Origin: Mustelus asterias
Taxonomy: Eukaryota
Assembly: GCF_964213995.1 (NCBI RefSeq)
Contig: NW_027590419.1
Span: 310,001-361,937, forward strand
Direction: 5' to 3'
DNA length: 51,937 bases
A program made the translations under genes and the position numbers. The notes beneath the pieces were generated by a model, which was not told the origin of the DNA, searched no databases, and worked only from the letters and a program-made list of their open reading frames with translations. Positions 13,055-24,363 of this stretch are shown in pieces (position 1 is the first letter of the stretch; every line of letters begins with the position of its first letter).

Positions 13055-13350
13055 GCATGGCGGCATAGTGGTGAGCGACGGTGCAACACAGCTCCAGGGA
13101 CCCGGGTTCAATTCCCGGCTTGCTCTGTGTGGAGTCTGCATATTCTCTCCGTGTCTGTATGGGTTTCATCCGGCGACACCGGTTTCCTCCCACAGACCGA
13201 AAGACTGCGCTGGTTAGGTGAATTCGCCGTGCTAAATTATCCCTCAGTGTACCCGAACAGGCGCCGGAGTGTGGCGAATAGGAGATTTTCACAGTCGCTT
13301 CATTGCAGTGTTAATGTTAGCTTACTTGTGCCAGAAATAAATAAACTTAA
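13055..13350 (+). mobile_element. tRNA-derived SINE (HE1-related)
   Basis: GGGACCCGGGTTCAATTCCCGGC B box and CATTGCAGTGTTAATG tail. Confidence 0.75.
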
Positions 13351-14104
13351 ACAGAGATCATCATTGAGGAAGAAAAGCAAAGAGATTAATTAATTGATTA
13401 ATTAATAGACAAAAGAGAAATGCAGTCTTTGACAATGTTAAAAACGTTGGACCTTCCAGAGTCTGCTTTGTGAAAAGGAATTCCCTGAGGTTATGTCAGT
13501 GCAGCAACACAAATACCAGACATGCGAGCAAATATAATACAAGACATTTACACGTGGTTCATTATATACAAACGCACACGTAAAGAACGGTGTGGCACAA
13601 CACCAGTATGAACTGAGAAACTGCAATGACACCCTATCTTTCTAGTGAGTGCAATGTGCTGTGTAATATTGATTACATTAGTCCTCTCTTTCAACCTCAC
13701 TCAGTTGACAGTTTGTTGAAACATCGCCCCTAATGTTTGAACCAACTATTTCGTACTTAAAAATCTTCAAAGGCGCTTTACAATCAACGAATCTGACATT
13801 AAGCACAGTGACACTGTAATGAAGGAATTATTATTTACACAGAGGGAGGCTGAAAGGTTTAATTATTTATCCGAAAGTTTTATCAAACTGGCATTATCAC
13901 GAATAAAGGAATGGAGGAATCGGGTATTTTCCAGATTATTTCAATTTGGATTAATAATGAGACGAACATCGGTTCACAAATTATCACCATATTATAACAC
14001 CTCCCTTTGACATGTCGAGCAGCAGTTCTAATTAAACTCAATATTAACCTTCTTCTTCGGAGTAGCCAGTTTCATTGGACCATGAAATGCAAACGTACAG
14101 TGGA

Positions 14105-14440
14105 GGACTTGGTGTAATTGTATTATCGAGAGACAATGAATCCAGAGGTTCAGCTAATCTCCTGGGGACCAGGGTTTGAATACCGCCACGGCAAGTGATG
14201 GAATCTGAATTCATTTTTTAAAATTCTGGAATTGGGACCCTACTGACGACCATGAAACTACTGTCGATTGTTTGTTTAAAAAAAAAAACACCTGGTTCAC
14301 TCAACCCTTTAGGGAAGGAAATCTGTGTCATTGCCTACACAGCAATGTGGTTGACTCACAACATTTCTCCAAGAGCAAATAGGGATGAGCAATAAATTCT
14401 GCCCAGCCGCTGATTCCCATGTCCCACGAATGAATACAAG
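14105..14440 (+). mobile_element. Older tRNA-derived SINE
   Basis: GGTGTAATTG A-box-like and GGGTTTGAATACC B-box-like motifs; body GGTTCACT..CCTTTAGGGAAGGAAATCTG. Confidence 0.6.
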
Positions 14441-15655
14441 AAGGTTCACTGTCTAAATCTCCTTTATCATAAAGCCTGCAATTTGGATGCAAGCTCCTCC
14501 TTTAAATGCTCTGTCGTATGAAGTGTTGTCTCCAGGCAACGATATTTCCTGCAATCCCAACTGTCACCTGTGGTACCAATAAACTGATGCTATCGGATAT
14601 TTTTGGCCACATCTAAAGTCCTGGAGCGCCATCCAGTGGAATCCAGTCGAAAGCCTCTTCCTTTCTATGCAAATATTGCGACATGATATTTTATAGAATG
14701 ATTATTAATGCTGGTTTATTATTACTGCTCTCTTCTTATCCTTTCTTCTCCCGTTTGGAACAGTTGCTTATTTGCATAACGTCTGCGATTAATGGTTTCA
14801 GGTTGCTGGTATTCAGTGTTATAATGCGTGTTTATTTTATTCATATAGGGCTCTGTATTGGGACCTCTGCTGTTTGTGATTTATATAAACGATCTGGAAG
14901 AAGGTGTAACTGGGGTGATCAGTAAGTTTGCGGACGACACGAGACAAGGTTAACGCTATTAATTAGAAACATTGCACTGATATTTTCCTACTGACTGCCC
15001 TGTGACCGTTCGCCATGAAATGCAATGGTTTACAAAGTTCACTCTCTAAGTCTCTTCTGCCATAACATTGACAATTCATCACAGGTGCTTGTCCTAAATA
15101 TACCACTGTTCACAGTGAAATGTCACTTCGCAACATTATTTCCTGTAATTTACAGCTGTCACCTGTGGGAGCGGTGAACTGTAGTTTTATGTAGTTTCGG
15201 TTAAACATAAATTCTTGGAGAGCCACCTGGTGGAATGATCTGTGTAAACACAAATATTCTCGAATATTGCGGTATGATGTTACTAAAATATTACTATGCC
15301 CGATTATTACGGATGTTATTGCTTTGATTTTATAATTCCTGCTGCTTATGCCTTTTTCATTGTTTTACTTTTGTTACGTTTACTATTTAATATTAATTCC
15401 GACATTAGTTTCCTCGTTTGCTGCCAACCAAAGTAACTAAAATTGAAACAGTACCATTTAATCTCGAACGAATGTGTGAACAGGGGGTCTATTTACATAA
15501 TTTGTATGTGTTGGTATTTTAAAGTCGTGATTTCATTGGGATCTTGGCGGATTCATATTGCTAAAACGAGCTTCTTGGTCCAGAATGGCTGAGTCATTAC
15601 AATAAATCGGCAGGGTTTAAAATAAAAGTGGAATTTTCTCTCATGTTCACTGCAT

Positions 15656-15835
15656 TCATAGAAATCATAGAAACCCTACAGTACAGAAAGAGGCCATTCG
15701 GCCCATCGAGTCTGCACCGACCACAATCCCACCCAGGCCCTACCCCCATATCCCTACATATTTACCCACTAATCCCTCTAACCTACGCATCTCAGGACAC
15801 TAAGGGCAATTTTTAGCATAGCCAATCAACCTAAT
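15656..15835 (-). mobile_element. HE1 SINE 3' fragment
   Basis: CATAGAAATCATAGAAACCCTACAGT..GGCCATTCGGCCCATCGAGTCTGCACC. Confidence 0.8.
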
Positions 15836-16271
15836 AATAACAATAATAGCAATAATAACAATATGTGCAAGAATAATGCGGCAAAATCATGTAACAACAT
15901 CTTTCAGGAACTTGAGAATTCGGTGAATTTCCAGGAATTAGCCTTAGATAGCCACTAGATGGAGCTGCCTCACCATGTTTGTGTGTTTACTGCTGCGGGT
16001 TACAGTTTCATAAATACATTTATTTGGTATAATGCGGGCAAACGAAGGTATTACACTTTAAAACTTTGTGAGGTCTCAGCAGAATATATTATATTGCATG
16101 AAAATATAAACATTAGCTGGGCAGCAGCTGCGCAAATTTTATTTTTTGCAATCAATACAATTAATGTTAGAAAAATCAAAGCAACTAATTGTTTCCCTGG
16201 AGCTTCACATGAAATATAAATCTTACCACACTCCAGTGTAATGCAGAAAGCACGTAGATTTTCTGATTGAA

Positions 16272-16341
16272 ATGCATATAGCACCAAAAGGTCTGCTGTT
16301 TGCCATTTACTATCCCGTCCTTGCAGCTATCGGGATTCCAG
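16272..16341 (+). pseudogene. Orphan exon 1 of a GPR139/GPR142-like class A GPCR
   Basis: MHIAPKGLLFAIYYPVLAAIGIP + G|GTAAGG. Same IYYPxLAAxG motif and phase-1 donor as exon 1 at 27715-27619. No exon 2 found downstream. Confidence 0.7.
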
Positions 16342-16829
16342 GTAAGGTCTGTTAGTTCGCTTTATCTCATTAATGACCCTCTCGTAATGTAATGCAGGCT
16401 AATAATAGGAATATTCTTTTTACGGTATAAGTGATACATTTGCTCATTGACCTATATGAATTCTAATGATTTACTGATGTAACTTCCACTCTTTTAGAGT
16501 TTCATGTTTCACTTTTTGGCATTACTTCCCGAATTTTTTCCTCCCTCCAACAGTGTCTTCCATTTATCTCTACACTCTCACATGTAAAGTGCACTCTTGG
16601 TGTTATTGGAAATACTGCCGTGGGAGTATTATTTTTAGGTTGTGGGTTGCAAAAATTGTCCATTTGGCATTACTGGTGTTGATGAATTCTCACTTGGATA
16701 TCACTGCATCCGTACAAATGGCTGGCGCTATGTTTGTGGGTGAATTCCGACATTTGCATCACTGTTAAATTATTGATCTTGTTTATCGCTGACATTGACA
16801 GTGACGAAGTAAATTGCATAACTGGTTCA

Positions 16830-17200
16830 AGGTTTGAGGGATTAGTAATAGAGGTTTATAAAATGATGAAGGGGATAGATAGAGTGAACGTTCAAAGACT
16901 ATTTCCTCGGGTGGATGGAGCTATTACAAGGGGGCATAACTATAGGGTTCATGGTGGAGATACAGGAAGGATGTCCGAGGAGGTTCTTTATTCAGAGAGT
17001 GGTTGGGGTGTGGAATGGACTGCCTGCAGTGATAGTGGAGTCAGACACTTGAGGAACATTTAAGCGGTTATTGGATAGGCACATGGAGCACACCAGGATG
17101 ATAGGGAGTGGGATAGCTTGATCTTGGTTTCAGATAAAGCTCGGCACAACATCGTGGGCCGAAGGGCCTGTACTGTGCTGCACTGTTCTATGTTCTATAC
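16830..17200 (+). mobile_element. CR1 LINE 3' fragment
   Basis: IEVYKMMKGIDRV..LFP..TRGH; tail GGGCCGAAGGGCCTGT..(GTTCTAT)n. Confidence 0.85.
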
Positions 17201-17485
17201 ACCCTGAATCCACTCAACATCAAAATCTGAGCGTGTAATTAAAAAGCATTTGCCGACAAGACGGCGCCAAATTCAAACCCCAGCGTCACAACTTAAACCT
17301 GTGTGGATGGTAGGCTCGTGAGGTCACGATGGACTCCTCCCCCCCGCTCCCCAACCCCCACCGCCCTCTCTCTCTCTCTCTCACACACACACACTCACTG
17401 CAATCAGCTGAACCAAGCCCGGGTTCTCTCCTTCTCAGTCTCTGACTCATTCCATTCCCATTCACTGAGGGGGATTCACTCAGAC

Positions 17486-17974
17486 ATGTTTCTGCTCATA
17501 CTGGCGGCGCTCTTGCACAGTAAGTACTGGAAAACGTTCACCAAGCCAGATAAACATATTGATGGCAACTTAATTAACCATCTGAAATATCCCTGTAATG
17601 CGTAGAATAGGTTCCTCAAACTATCGCAGATACAAGCACATTTACATTAACTCTTGACATTTAATTCCTCTATCTTCACAGGTGGACTGTGCGCAGATCC
17701 AGTAACTCAGTCACCGGTGACAAAAACCGCATCAGAAGGGGGTTCGGTGCAGTTGGATTGTAACTATACAGACAAGGGTATGTACAGCATGCAATGGTAT
17801 CAGCAGAAACCCGCACAACCACCGACATGGATTATTTCTAAAATATTAGCAACGAAGGATGATGAAGTTTCAGGACGATACCTGGCGGCTGCTGACAGGT
17901 CGAAGCAGAATGGTTACCTCAATATCAGCGCCCTCAGTGTGGAGGACAGGGCGGTCTATTACTGTGCAGTGAGG
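17486..17974 (+). CDS. TCR alpha/delta-type V segment (V-C): leader 17486-17519, V exon 17682-17974
   Basis: MFLLILAALLH|SGLCADPVTQSP..LDCNY..MQWYQQ..GRY..EDRAVYYCAVR, then RSS. Confidence 0.9.
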
Positions 17975-18013
17975 CACAGCGTTAGATTCCAGCTAAACCC
18001 CCGTACAAAAACC
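17975..18013 (+). other. 23-RSS of V-C
   Basis: CACAGCG, 23 bp, ACAAAAACC. Confidence 0.93.
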
Positions 18014-18434
18014 TCAGCGAGTATTTACAGCTCCACTAAGTTTCCTTCTGCGCGAATGCGGTCCGGTGTATTTACCGGGTATTTTGTCCTGATTGAGATC
18101 GGCAGTGGAGCGGTTTGGGAAAACTCGATGCTAATCCCAATGCCGCGATTTATGTAGTAAACAGAAACAATGAGTATCTCGCTACCAGCTCAAGGATGCA
18201 CTTAGAAGTGGAGTTAATATGGCAGAAAATTTGCAGGCTGTTCTTTCTGAATTGTTAGCTCCAATAAGCCCAAGGACATCTGTCACAAAATGCAGAACAG
18301 ACAAAAATCTACTGTCGTATTTAACAAATGAGATGTCGAATAGCCGCCACAGAGACTCACCCAGCAACACGACTATTATTACAACTCTGGGACACAGAAA
18401 CTCACCCAACAGCACGAAGATAGTCGAGTGTATT

Positions 18435-18810
18435 GTGTGGTGGTGAGCTGCCTTCCTGAAGCTCTGCGGTCCCTGAGGTGCAGGTACACCCACTGTGCTG
18501 TTAGTGAGGGAGTTCCAGGGTTTGACCCAGTGACGGTGAAGGAACAGCGATATATTTCCAAGAAAGGATGTGGAATAACTTGGAAGGGAATCTCTAGGTG
18601 GTGATGTTCCCATGTGCCCGCTGCCCTTGTCCTCCTAAATGGCAGTGGTCGTGTTTTTGGATTGTGCTGCCTGAAAAAAGTTTAGTGAGTTGCTGCAGTG
18701 CTTCAGTAGGTGTTGCACACGGCTGCCACTGTTCGTCGGTGGTGGCAGGAATGGATGTTTACGGAATGGTGAACAATCAAGCGGACTGCTTTGTCCTGTA
18801 TCATGCAATG
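18435..18810 (-). mobile_element. Probable LINE 3' region fragment
   Basis: Minus strand reads FTVTGSNPGTPSLTA / PWNSLTNSTVGVP, resembling LINE ORF2 C-termini. Family not certain. Confidence 0.55.
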
Positions 18811-19448
18811 GTTCAAAGAGATGCAAAAGGGCATCGTGGACAGGCCTCCATACACAAAGTGTGTTTATAATCTGTCCATCACTACCACAAGGGAAGCTAA
18901 ACAAAGAGATGATGCAGAAAGAAATGGATGGAAATTCTGAGAGATTGAGACGAAGTCAGGCGAATACGCTCTCGAGGATGTAAAACAGACAGATCAATTT
19001 TGTAGAAAGTTTATTTTTCTAAGGTCTGTACTCCAACTTTTTGTATGTGATACTAACCACTAATTGTCACATTTCAGTTCAGTTGATTATTTGCAGTTTT
19101 TTAACCGTGTGTTCCAGATCAGAGCGATGGAGATTCTGTTACTCAGCGGGAATCCTCACTCACACCGCCAGAGGGAAAATAGACAAGGATCCTTCGAATA
19201 TTGATTCACCGAATAGCACGATGATTTCAATCTGGAAGCACCGTGGAACACGTACTCCCCGGATGACATTTCCACGGAAAATAATCGAATTTAAATATAT
19301 TTTGTCCTTTCTCTTTTGATATTAAACAGTAAACCCAAATCAGGGACAGGTCTCGCTGATCGGGTGACTGTGGTGCGTATCCAAGGGAGAGAGTGATTAA
19401 AGTCCCAGCTCTCTACACAGGCTGTACACGTTCCGGGTGATCGCGGCA

Positions 19449-19487
19449 GGTTTTTGTACGGCCCTGTATGGTCTTTGCTAGACTGTG
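19449..19487 (-). other. 23-RSS of V-D
   Basis: CACAGTC, 23 bp, ACAAAAACC. Confidence 0.92.
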
Positions 19488-19990
19488 CCTCCATCGCACA
19501 GAAATAGGTGGCGGTGTCTGTCAGCCGAGCTTCACTAACATTCAGAACGCTGTGTTTCTCTGAGAAAGTATACCGAGCCGTGATCCTGCCCTGATCGCTG
19601 GTACCGCTCACCAGGTGCTGCACGGTTCTGTCTAGATTTTGTCTGTACCATTGAAGGATCTTTCCAGTTACTGTAGCTGAACAGTTCAACGATGCAGTGG
19701 CTCCCTCGGTAACAACCACTGACTCCGGAGACTGTGATAGCTCTTCACTGCCAGCGGCATCTGGGAAGAATATGTACATTTGCAGTAATAACATATCGTA
19801 CTATAATGTAGCACAATAAAGTACCATTGTATTCACAATTCGAGATAATACAATAAAGCTGAGTACAATTTAACAGAACATAACATTGCTGAGGTGTGAA
19901 ATATTGCTGTCAGAAATAGTGACCACACTTACACTGAGGGAACAGTAAGAAATCCAGGAAAATAATCACCAAAGTGAAGCTCAGGAACAT
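19488..19990 (-). CDS. TCR alpha/delta-type V segment (V-D): leader 19990-19933, V exon 19760-19488
   Basis: MFLSFTLVIIFLDFLLFPQ|YAAGSEELSQSP..LNCSA..LQWYRQ..GRI..TDTATYFCAME, then RSS. Confidence 0.9.
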
Positions 19991-20189
19991 GTTGGATCCT
20001 ATCGGCTTGTGTGAAACAGCTGTCAGCAGATCCCAGGCTGAGAGAAGCTCCTGGGAAAGCAATGCTATTGGATATCAAACCGAGCCCCAAACCAGTCACA
20101 GAGTGTCGGTGAGAGCCGGGTCGCTGGGACTTGTGATCACAAAGTGAATCAGTGAGGGAGCTTCAGCATTGATAGTGCGGGGGAGGAGA

Positions 20190-20300
20190 GTGCGCATGCG
20201 GCAGAGCATCCGGTATTGTGACGTCAGAACATCCGGCATTCTGACGTCAGAACATCCGGCATTCTGACGTCAGAACATCCGGCATTCTGACGTCAGAGCA
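20190..20300. promoter_or_regulatory. 23-bp CRE minisatellite (4 x TGACGTCA) plus NRF1-like TGCGCATGCG
   Basis: TGACGTCA at 20219, 20242, 20265 and 20288. Confidence 0.65.
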
Positions 20301-20317
20301 TCCGCAACATTGGAACC

Positions 20318-20645
20318 TCATAGAATCATAGAATGCCGACAGTGCAGAAAGAGACCATTCGGCCCGTTGAACCCGCACCGACCACAGCCCCACCCAGACC
20401 CTCTCCCCGTAACCTCACATCTTTACCCCGCGAATCCCCCTGACACGAGGGGGCAATTCAACATGGCCAGTCAACCTAACCCGCACATCTTTGGACTGTG
20501 GGAGGAAACCGGAGCACCCGGAGGAAACCCACGCAGACACGGGGAGAACATCCAAACTCCAGACAGACAGTGACCCGAGGCTGGAATCGAACCGGGGGCG
20601 CTGTGAGGCAGCTGTGCTAACCACTGTGGCACCGTGACGCCCAAC
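20318..20645 (-). mobile_element. HE1-like SINE (paralog of 2060-2390)
   Basis: Reverse complement of the SINE in the left arm. Confidence 0.85.
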
Positions 20646-21905
20646 GTCAGACGTCAGAACATCGTGTATTGTGACGTCGGAATGCGGATATGTGTGGCGT
20701 CAGAATGTGTGACGTCACCCTGTAGCCCATGTGACGTCACTGTGAACTGCGAGTGACGCCAGTGGGTCTGGATTGTGGGTCAGAGACATCTCTCCTGGAG
20801 CTGATCTGAATATTCAGCCCTGAGTTGATGGGAATTAACAGCTGATCTGAAACATCTCTCCCGGAGCTGATGTGAATATCCAGCTCTGAGGTTGCGGAAT
20901 TAAGATCTAATCAGAAGCAGGGAGGTCCTGCCTTCATGTGGGCCAGTGGTACAAGCAACACCGGGATCCACAGCCAAGGTTTATGAGAAAAAGCTCTGTT
21001 TTGAAACAAATATAAGGAAGGTTTTGCTAATACAGGTCTCCCAGTAGAATCTATCTACCAGTTAAGCTTCCTTTTCTGCTTCCCATGAATTGTTTATTCC
21101 TTTAAAACCAAGGTTTGATGTTCAGGTCAACTCCGGGAAAGTGTTTCCGCCGGCAGAACTTTGGAAAACACAAACGTCTACTTTAGGAGGGGAGAGTGCA
21201 ATGGAAAGATTAGATTAATTGATTACTCTCCGATTTGTTAAACTTGGAAGGTGGTCATCGGATCCCTACAGTGCAAAAGGAGGCCATTCGGCCCATCAAG
21301 TCTGCACCGACTATTATCTAGGCCCTATCCCTGCGGTGTTGAAAGAGATGGCGGAAGAAGAGATAATAGTAAGTTTCAGAAGGGATTGAGAGATAAATTG
21401 AAAGCAGAAAAGTGCAGTCACTGTGAGAGATGCGGGGTTTGAAAGCTGAATTGACGAATTCTGTAATTCTGAATTCTCACATCAATTCTGCATTCTGTCA
21501 GGCAAAGATACCATGGGCCGAGTGGCCTCATCTCCTGCATTGATACGCTATGTTTCTATTTTGTTCATGTCCCTGGCCCCGTTATGCCCCTCCCTCTCTA
21601 TTTCTTCTCAGTCACTTGGACAGTGAGCAGGTGCAGAATGGTGACAGATTCCGGAGATGGAAGTCTCGCTATTTCCGTTCCGGGTGCAGCTGAATCTGCC
21701 GCACACTTCACTCAATATTTTGTCTACTGCATCCCCGCCCACGACTTCCGTTTTCTGCTCTCACTCTGAACCTGTTGTGTGATTGGACGGATTGCTGCCG
21801 CTGCTCCATTCCTCTCATTGGTTGGATCAGCAGTGCAGTGGAACAGTGTCTTTCTGTCTCTGACAGGATTTCTCTCATTGCAGAGTTACAGACTCAGGAA
21901 GCATC

Positions 21906-22403
21906 ATGGTGAACTATCTCACTCCCATCCTCATCATTATCTCACTTCTCAGTAAGTATTTTCTTCCCAGTAAAACTACAAGCTCCTCCTGACTGCTGTA
22001 ACCCAGATATTCCTGTTGATAAAACAATAGTGATGATGATAATTGTATCGTTTAATCTGAGGCTAACTCTGATTGTCATATTGCTGTTGTTTCTGTTAGA
22101 ACGGAGCCACCAAGACGAAGTGGAACAATTGGATCCTGGAATAAAGGTTAAAGAGGAAAATGATGTCACACTAACCTGCGCTTTGAAAACAAGCGATTCC
22201 AACCCTTATGTGTACTGGTACAGTCAGCAGCCCGGGAAAGCTCCAGTGTACATGTTTCAGCTTATTGGAGAGATTGTGCAAAGGAACACCGACCTCAATG
22301 ATCGGTTTTCTTCCAAATTTGATAAAAAGAACAAGACTAGCGAGCTGACGATCAGTAACACACTGATTTCCGACAGCGCCGGGTACTTCTGTGCCATGGA
22401 GCC
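21906..22403 (+). CDS. TCR alpha/delta-type V segment (V-A2): leader 21906-21951, V exon 22100-22403
   Basis: Near-identical paralog of V-A1 (QRNT vs QKNP; CAME vs CAMK). Confidence 0.9.
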
Positions 22404-22443
22404 CACACTGCTGCAGAGATATAGCGATTGCCGTACAAAAACC
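22404..22443 (+). other. RSS of V-A2 (24 bp spacer)
   Basis: CACACTG 22404-22410; ACAAAAACC 22435-22443. Confidence 0.9.
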
Positions 22444-23309
22444 CCACACTGGCAGTTCCAGTTAGTGCCCAGCAGGGTGCGCGCGCACACACGCGGGTAA
22501 TTCAGTTTCCACAGAGAGAGTGACAGAGATTCTTAACATTGCAACAAAAGACAACACTCAAAAACAGCAACTGGTGTGGTCCAGTTGCAGTTACATTAGT
22601 TAATGGTCGGAGCTTACATTTGCAATATCGATCTGAGATACTTCAACACATTTTTTTTCGTTTTCGATGCCTTTCTCTGCCTATTTGTTCCAGACTGTCC
22701 ATGTCTGCTGATTTATGGAAATTGTGCACATTTCCTTTCCCAGTCTTTAACATAAACATTAAAGCTTTTTCTGTTCCCTTGTACATTAATTCAGGACCTC
22801 TCCAATCTGGCTGCTCAGCTATTGGGTCCCATTTTCAATCCACATCACTGATGAGGATTTCGCTTTGTACTGAATCACTTACTAACCCGATACTCCTGGT
22901 GCAAGAATGCTGGTCCGCAGTGTGGAATGGACATTCAGCTGCCTCTCATATAGAGAGGCAAAGTTACAGAATTTCCAATTTGACATTGTTATTGAGTTCA
23001 GCTCCTTGCAGATAAATCCTAGCTGTCACCACACTGCCTATGGTAGCCCCACCCACAGTTTTCCTGTGCTGTTCGCACTCTGACCCGTCTCTCCTGTGCT
23101 GTTTTCTTGGATATTTCATTGGAGATATTGATCTTTGCTGCTTTTCCCTGTTTGGCACTGATTGGATCAGCAGTCCAATGGGGAGACAAGCTATATTTCC
23201 ATTCTGAAAGAGGATTTGACAGACTGCAAAATTACAAATTGAGAGAACATCATATGGAAATATCTCAGACCATTCATTGTTCTGTCACTTCTTATGAGGT
23301 AGATGTTTT

Positions 23310-24125
23310 GACTAAGAGATGGAATGCATCCCAGGGTACTGAAAGAAGTGGCAGAAGTAATAGAGGATGCGTTGGTTGTAATTTATCAAATTTATCAAAA
23401 TACACTGGACTCTGGGGAAGTGCCGGCTGATTGGAAAACAGCTAATGTGACACCACTGTTGAAAAAAGGAGGTAGACAAAAGGCGGGTAACTACAGCCCG
23501 GGTTAGCTTAACGTCCGTAGTTGGGAAATTGCTGGAATTCATCATTAAAGAATAGCAGGACACCTGGAAAAAAATGGTTTGATCAAGCAGACGCAGCATG
23601 GATTCATGAAGGGAAAGTCGTGTTTGACGAATTTGCTGGATTTTTATGAAGATGTAACGAGTGCGGTTGACAGAGGGGAACCAGTGGATGTGGTGTTTTT
23701 GGATTTCAGAAGGCGTTCGATAAGGTGCCTCACAAAAGGTTGCTGCAGAAAATTAGGGTGCACGGAGTTGGGGGTAAAGTGTTAGCGTGGATTGAGAATT
23801 GGCTATCCAACAGCAAGCAGAGAGTTGGAATAAATGGGTGCTTTTCTGGTTGGCAGTTGGTGACTAGTGGCGTGCCGCAGGGATTGGTGCTGGGGCCTCA
23901 ACTATTTACCATATGCATAGACGATCTGGAGGAGGGGACCGAGTGTTGGGTAACAAAGTTTGCGGATGACACAAAGATGAGTGGGAAAGTGAATTGCGTG
24001 GAGGATGCGGTAAGTCTGCAGAGAGATTTGGATAGGCTAAGTGAGTGGGTGAGGATCTGGCAGATGGAGTATAGCGTTGGTAAGTGTGAGGTTATCCACT
24101 TTGGAAGGAATAATAGTAAAATGGA
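23310..24125 (+). mobile_element. CR1 LINE RT fragment (frameshifted)
   Basis: MHPRVLKEVA..DWKTANVTPL; QHGFMKGKSCLTNL; SGVPQGLVLGPQLF; KFADDTK. Confidence 0.92.
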
Positions 24126-24324
24126 AGCTGCAATGCTGCCCCCTGTTGTTCACTTCTCCCAGTCTCAGCATTGCAGAGTGTTTAAACAAGAATGGCACAT
24201 TCAGCACCATGGAATGAGAACATTCGGACTAACTGTTCGTTATACAATTGTTCTGTTTGTATTAACAGTTCACAATCCAGGTCACAGATCTGATTCAGTG
24301 AGAGGAGGTGAGAGTGCCTTTGTA

Positions 24325-24363
24325 GGTTTTTGTACGGGCTCACTGCGCCTCTGTAGCAGTGTG
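24325..24363 (-). other. 23-RSS of V-B2
   Basis: CACACTG, 23 bp, ACAAAAACC. Confidence 0.93.

Larger units (their letters stand above)
19865..22677. repeat. Right arm of inverted duplication (partner 62-2792)
   Basis: Reverse-complement match to the window start. Confidence 0.95.

Noticed and set aside
14912-14945. ISKFADDT-encoding snippet
   Set aside because: Isolated ~30-bp CR1 RT remnant, too short to interpret.
16553-16768. ORF after a good acceptor as exon 2 of the GPCR exon at 16272
   Set aside because: The phase fits, but it lacks the NL..ILSRG..C..YL..MA.ADL and DRF motifs.
19488-19990. V-D as a NAR-TCR supporting V or IgH-like V
   Set aside because: It has its own leader, no adjacent D/J cassette and no extra Cys. 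It is reported only as a short-CDR2 V.
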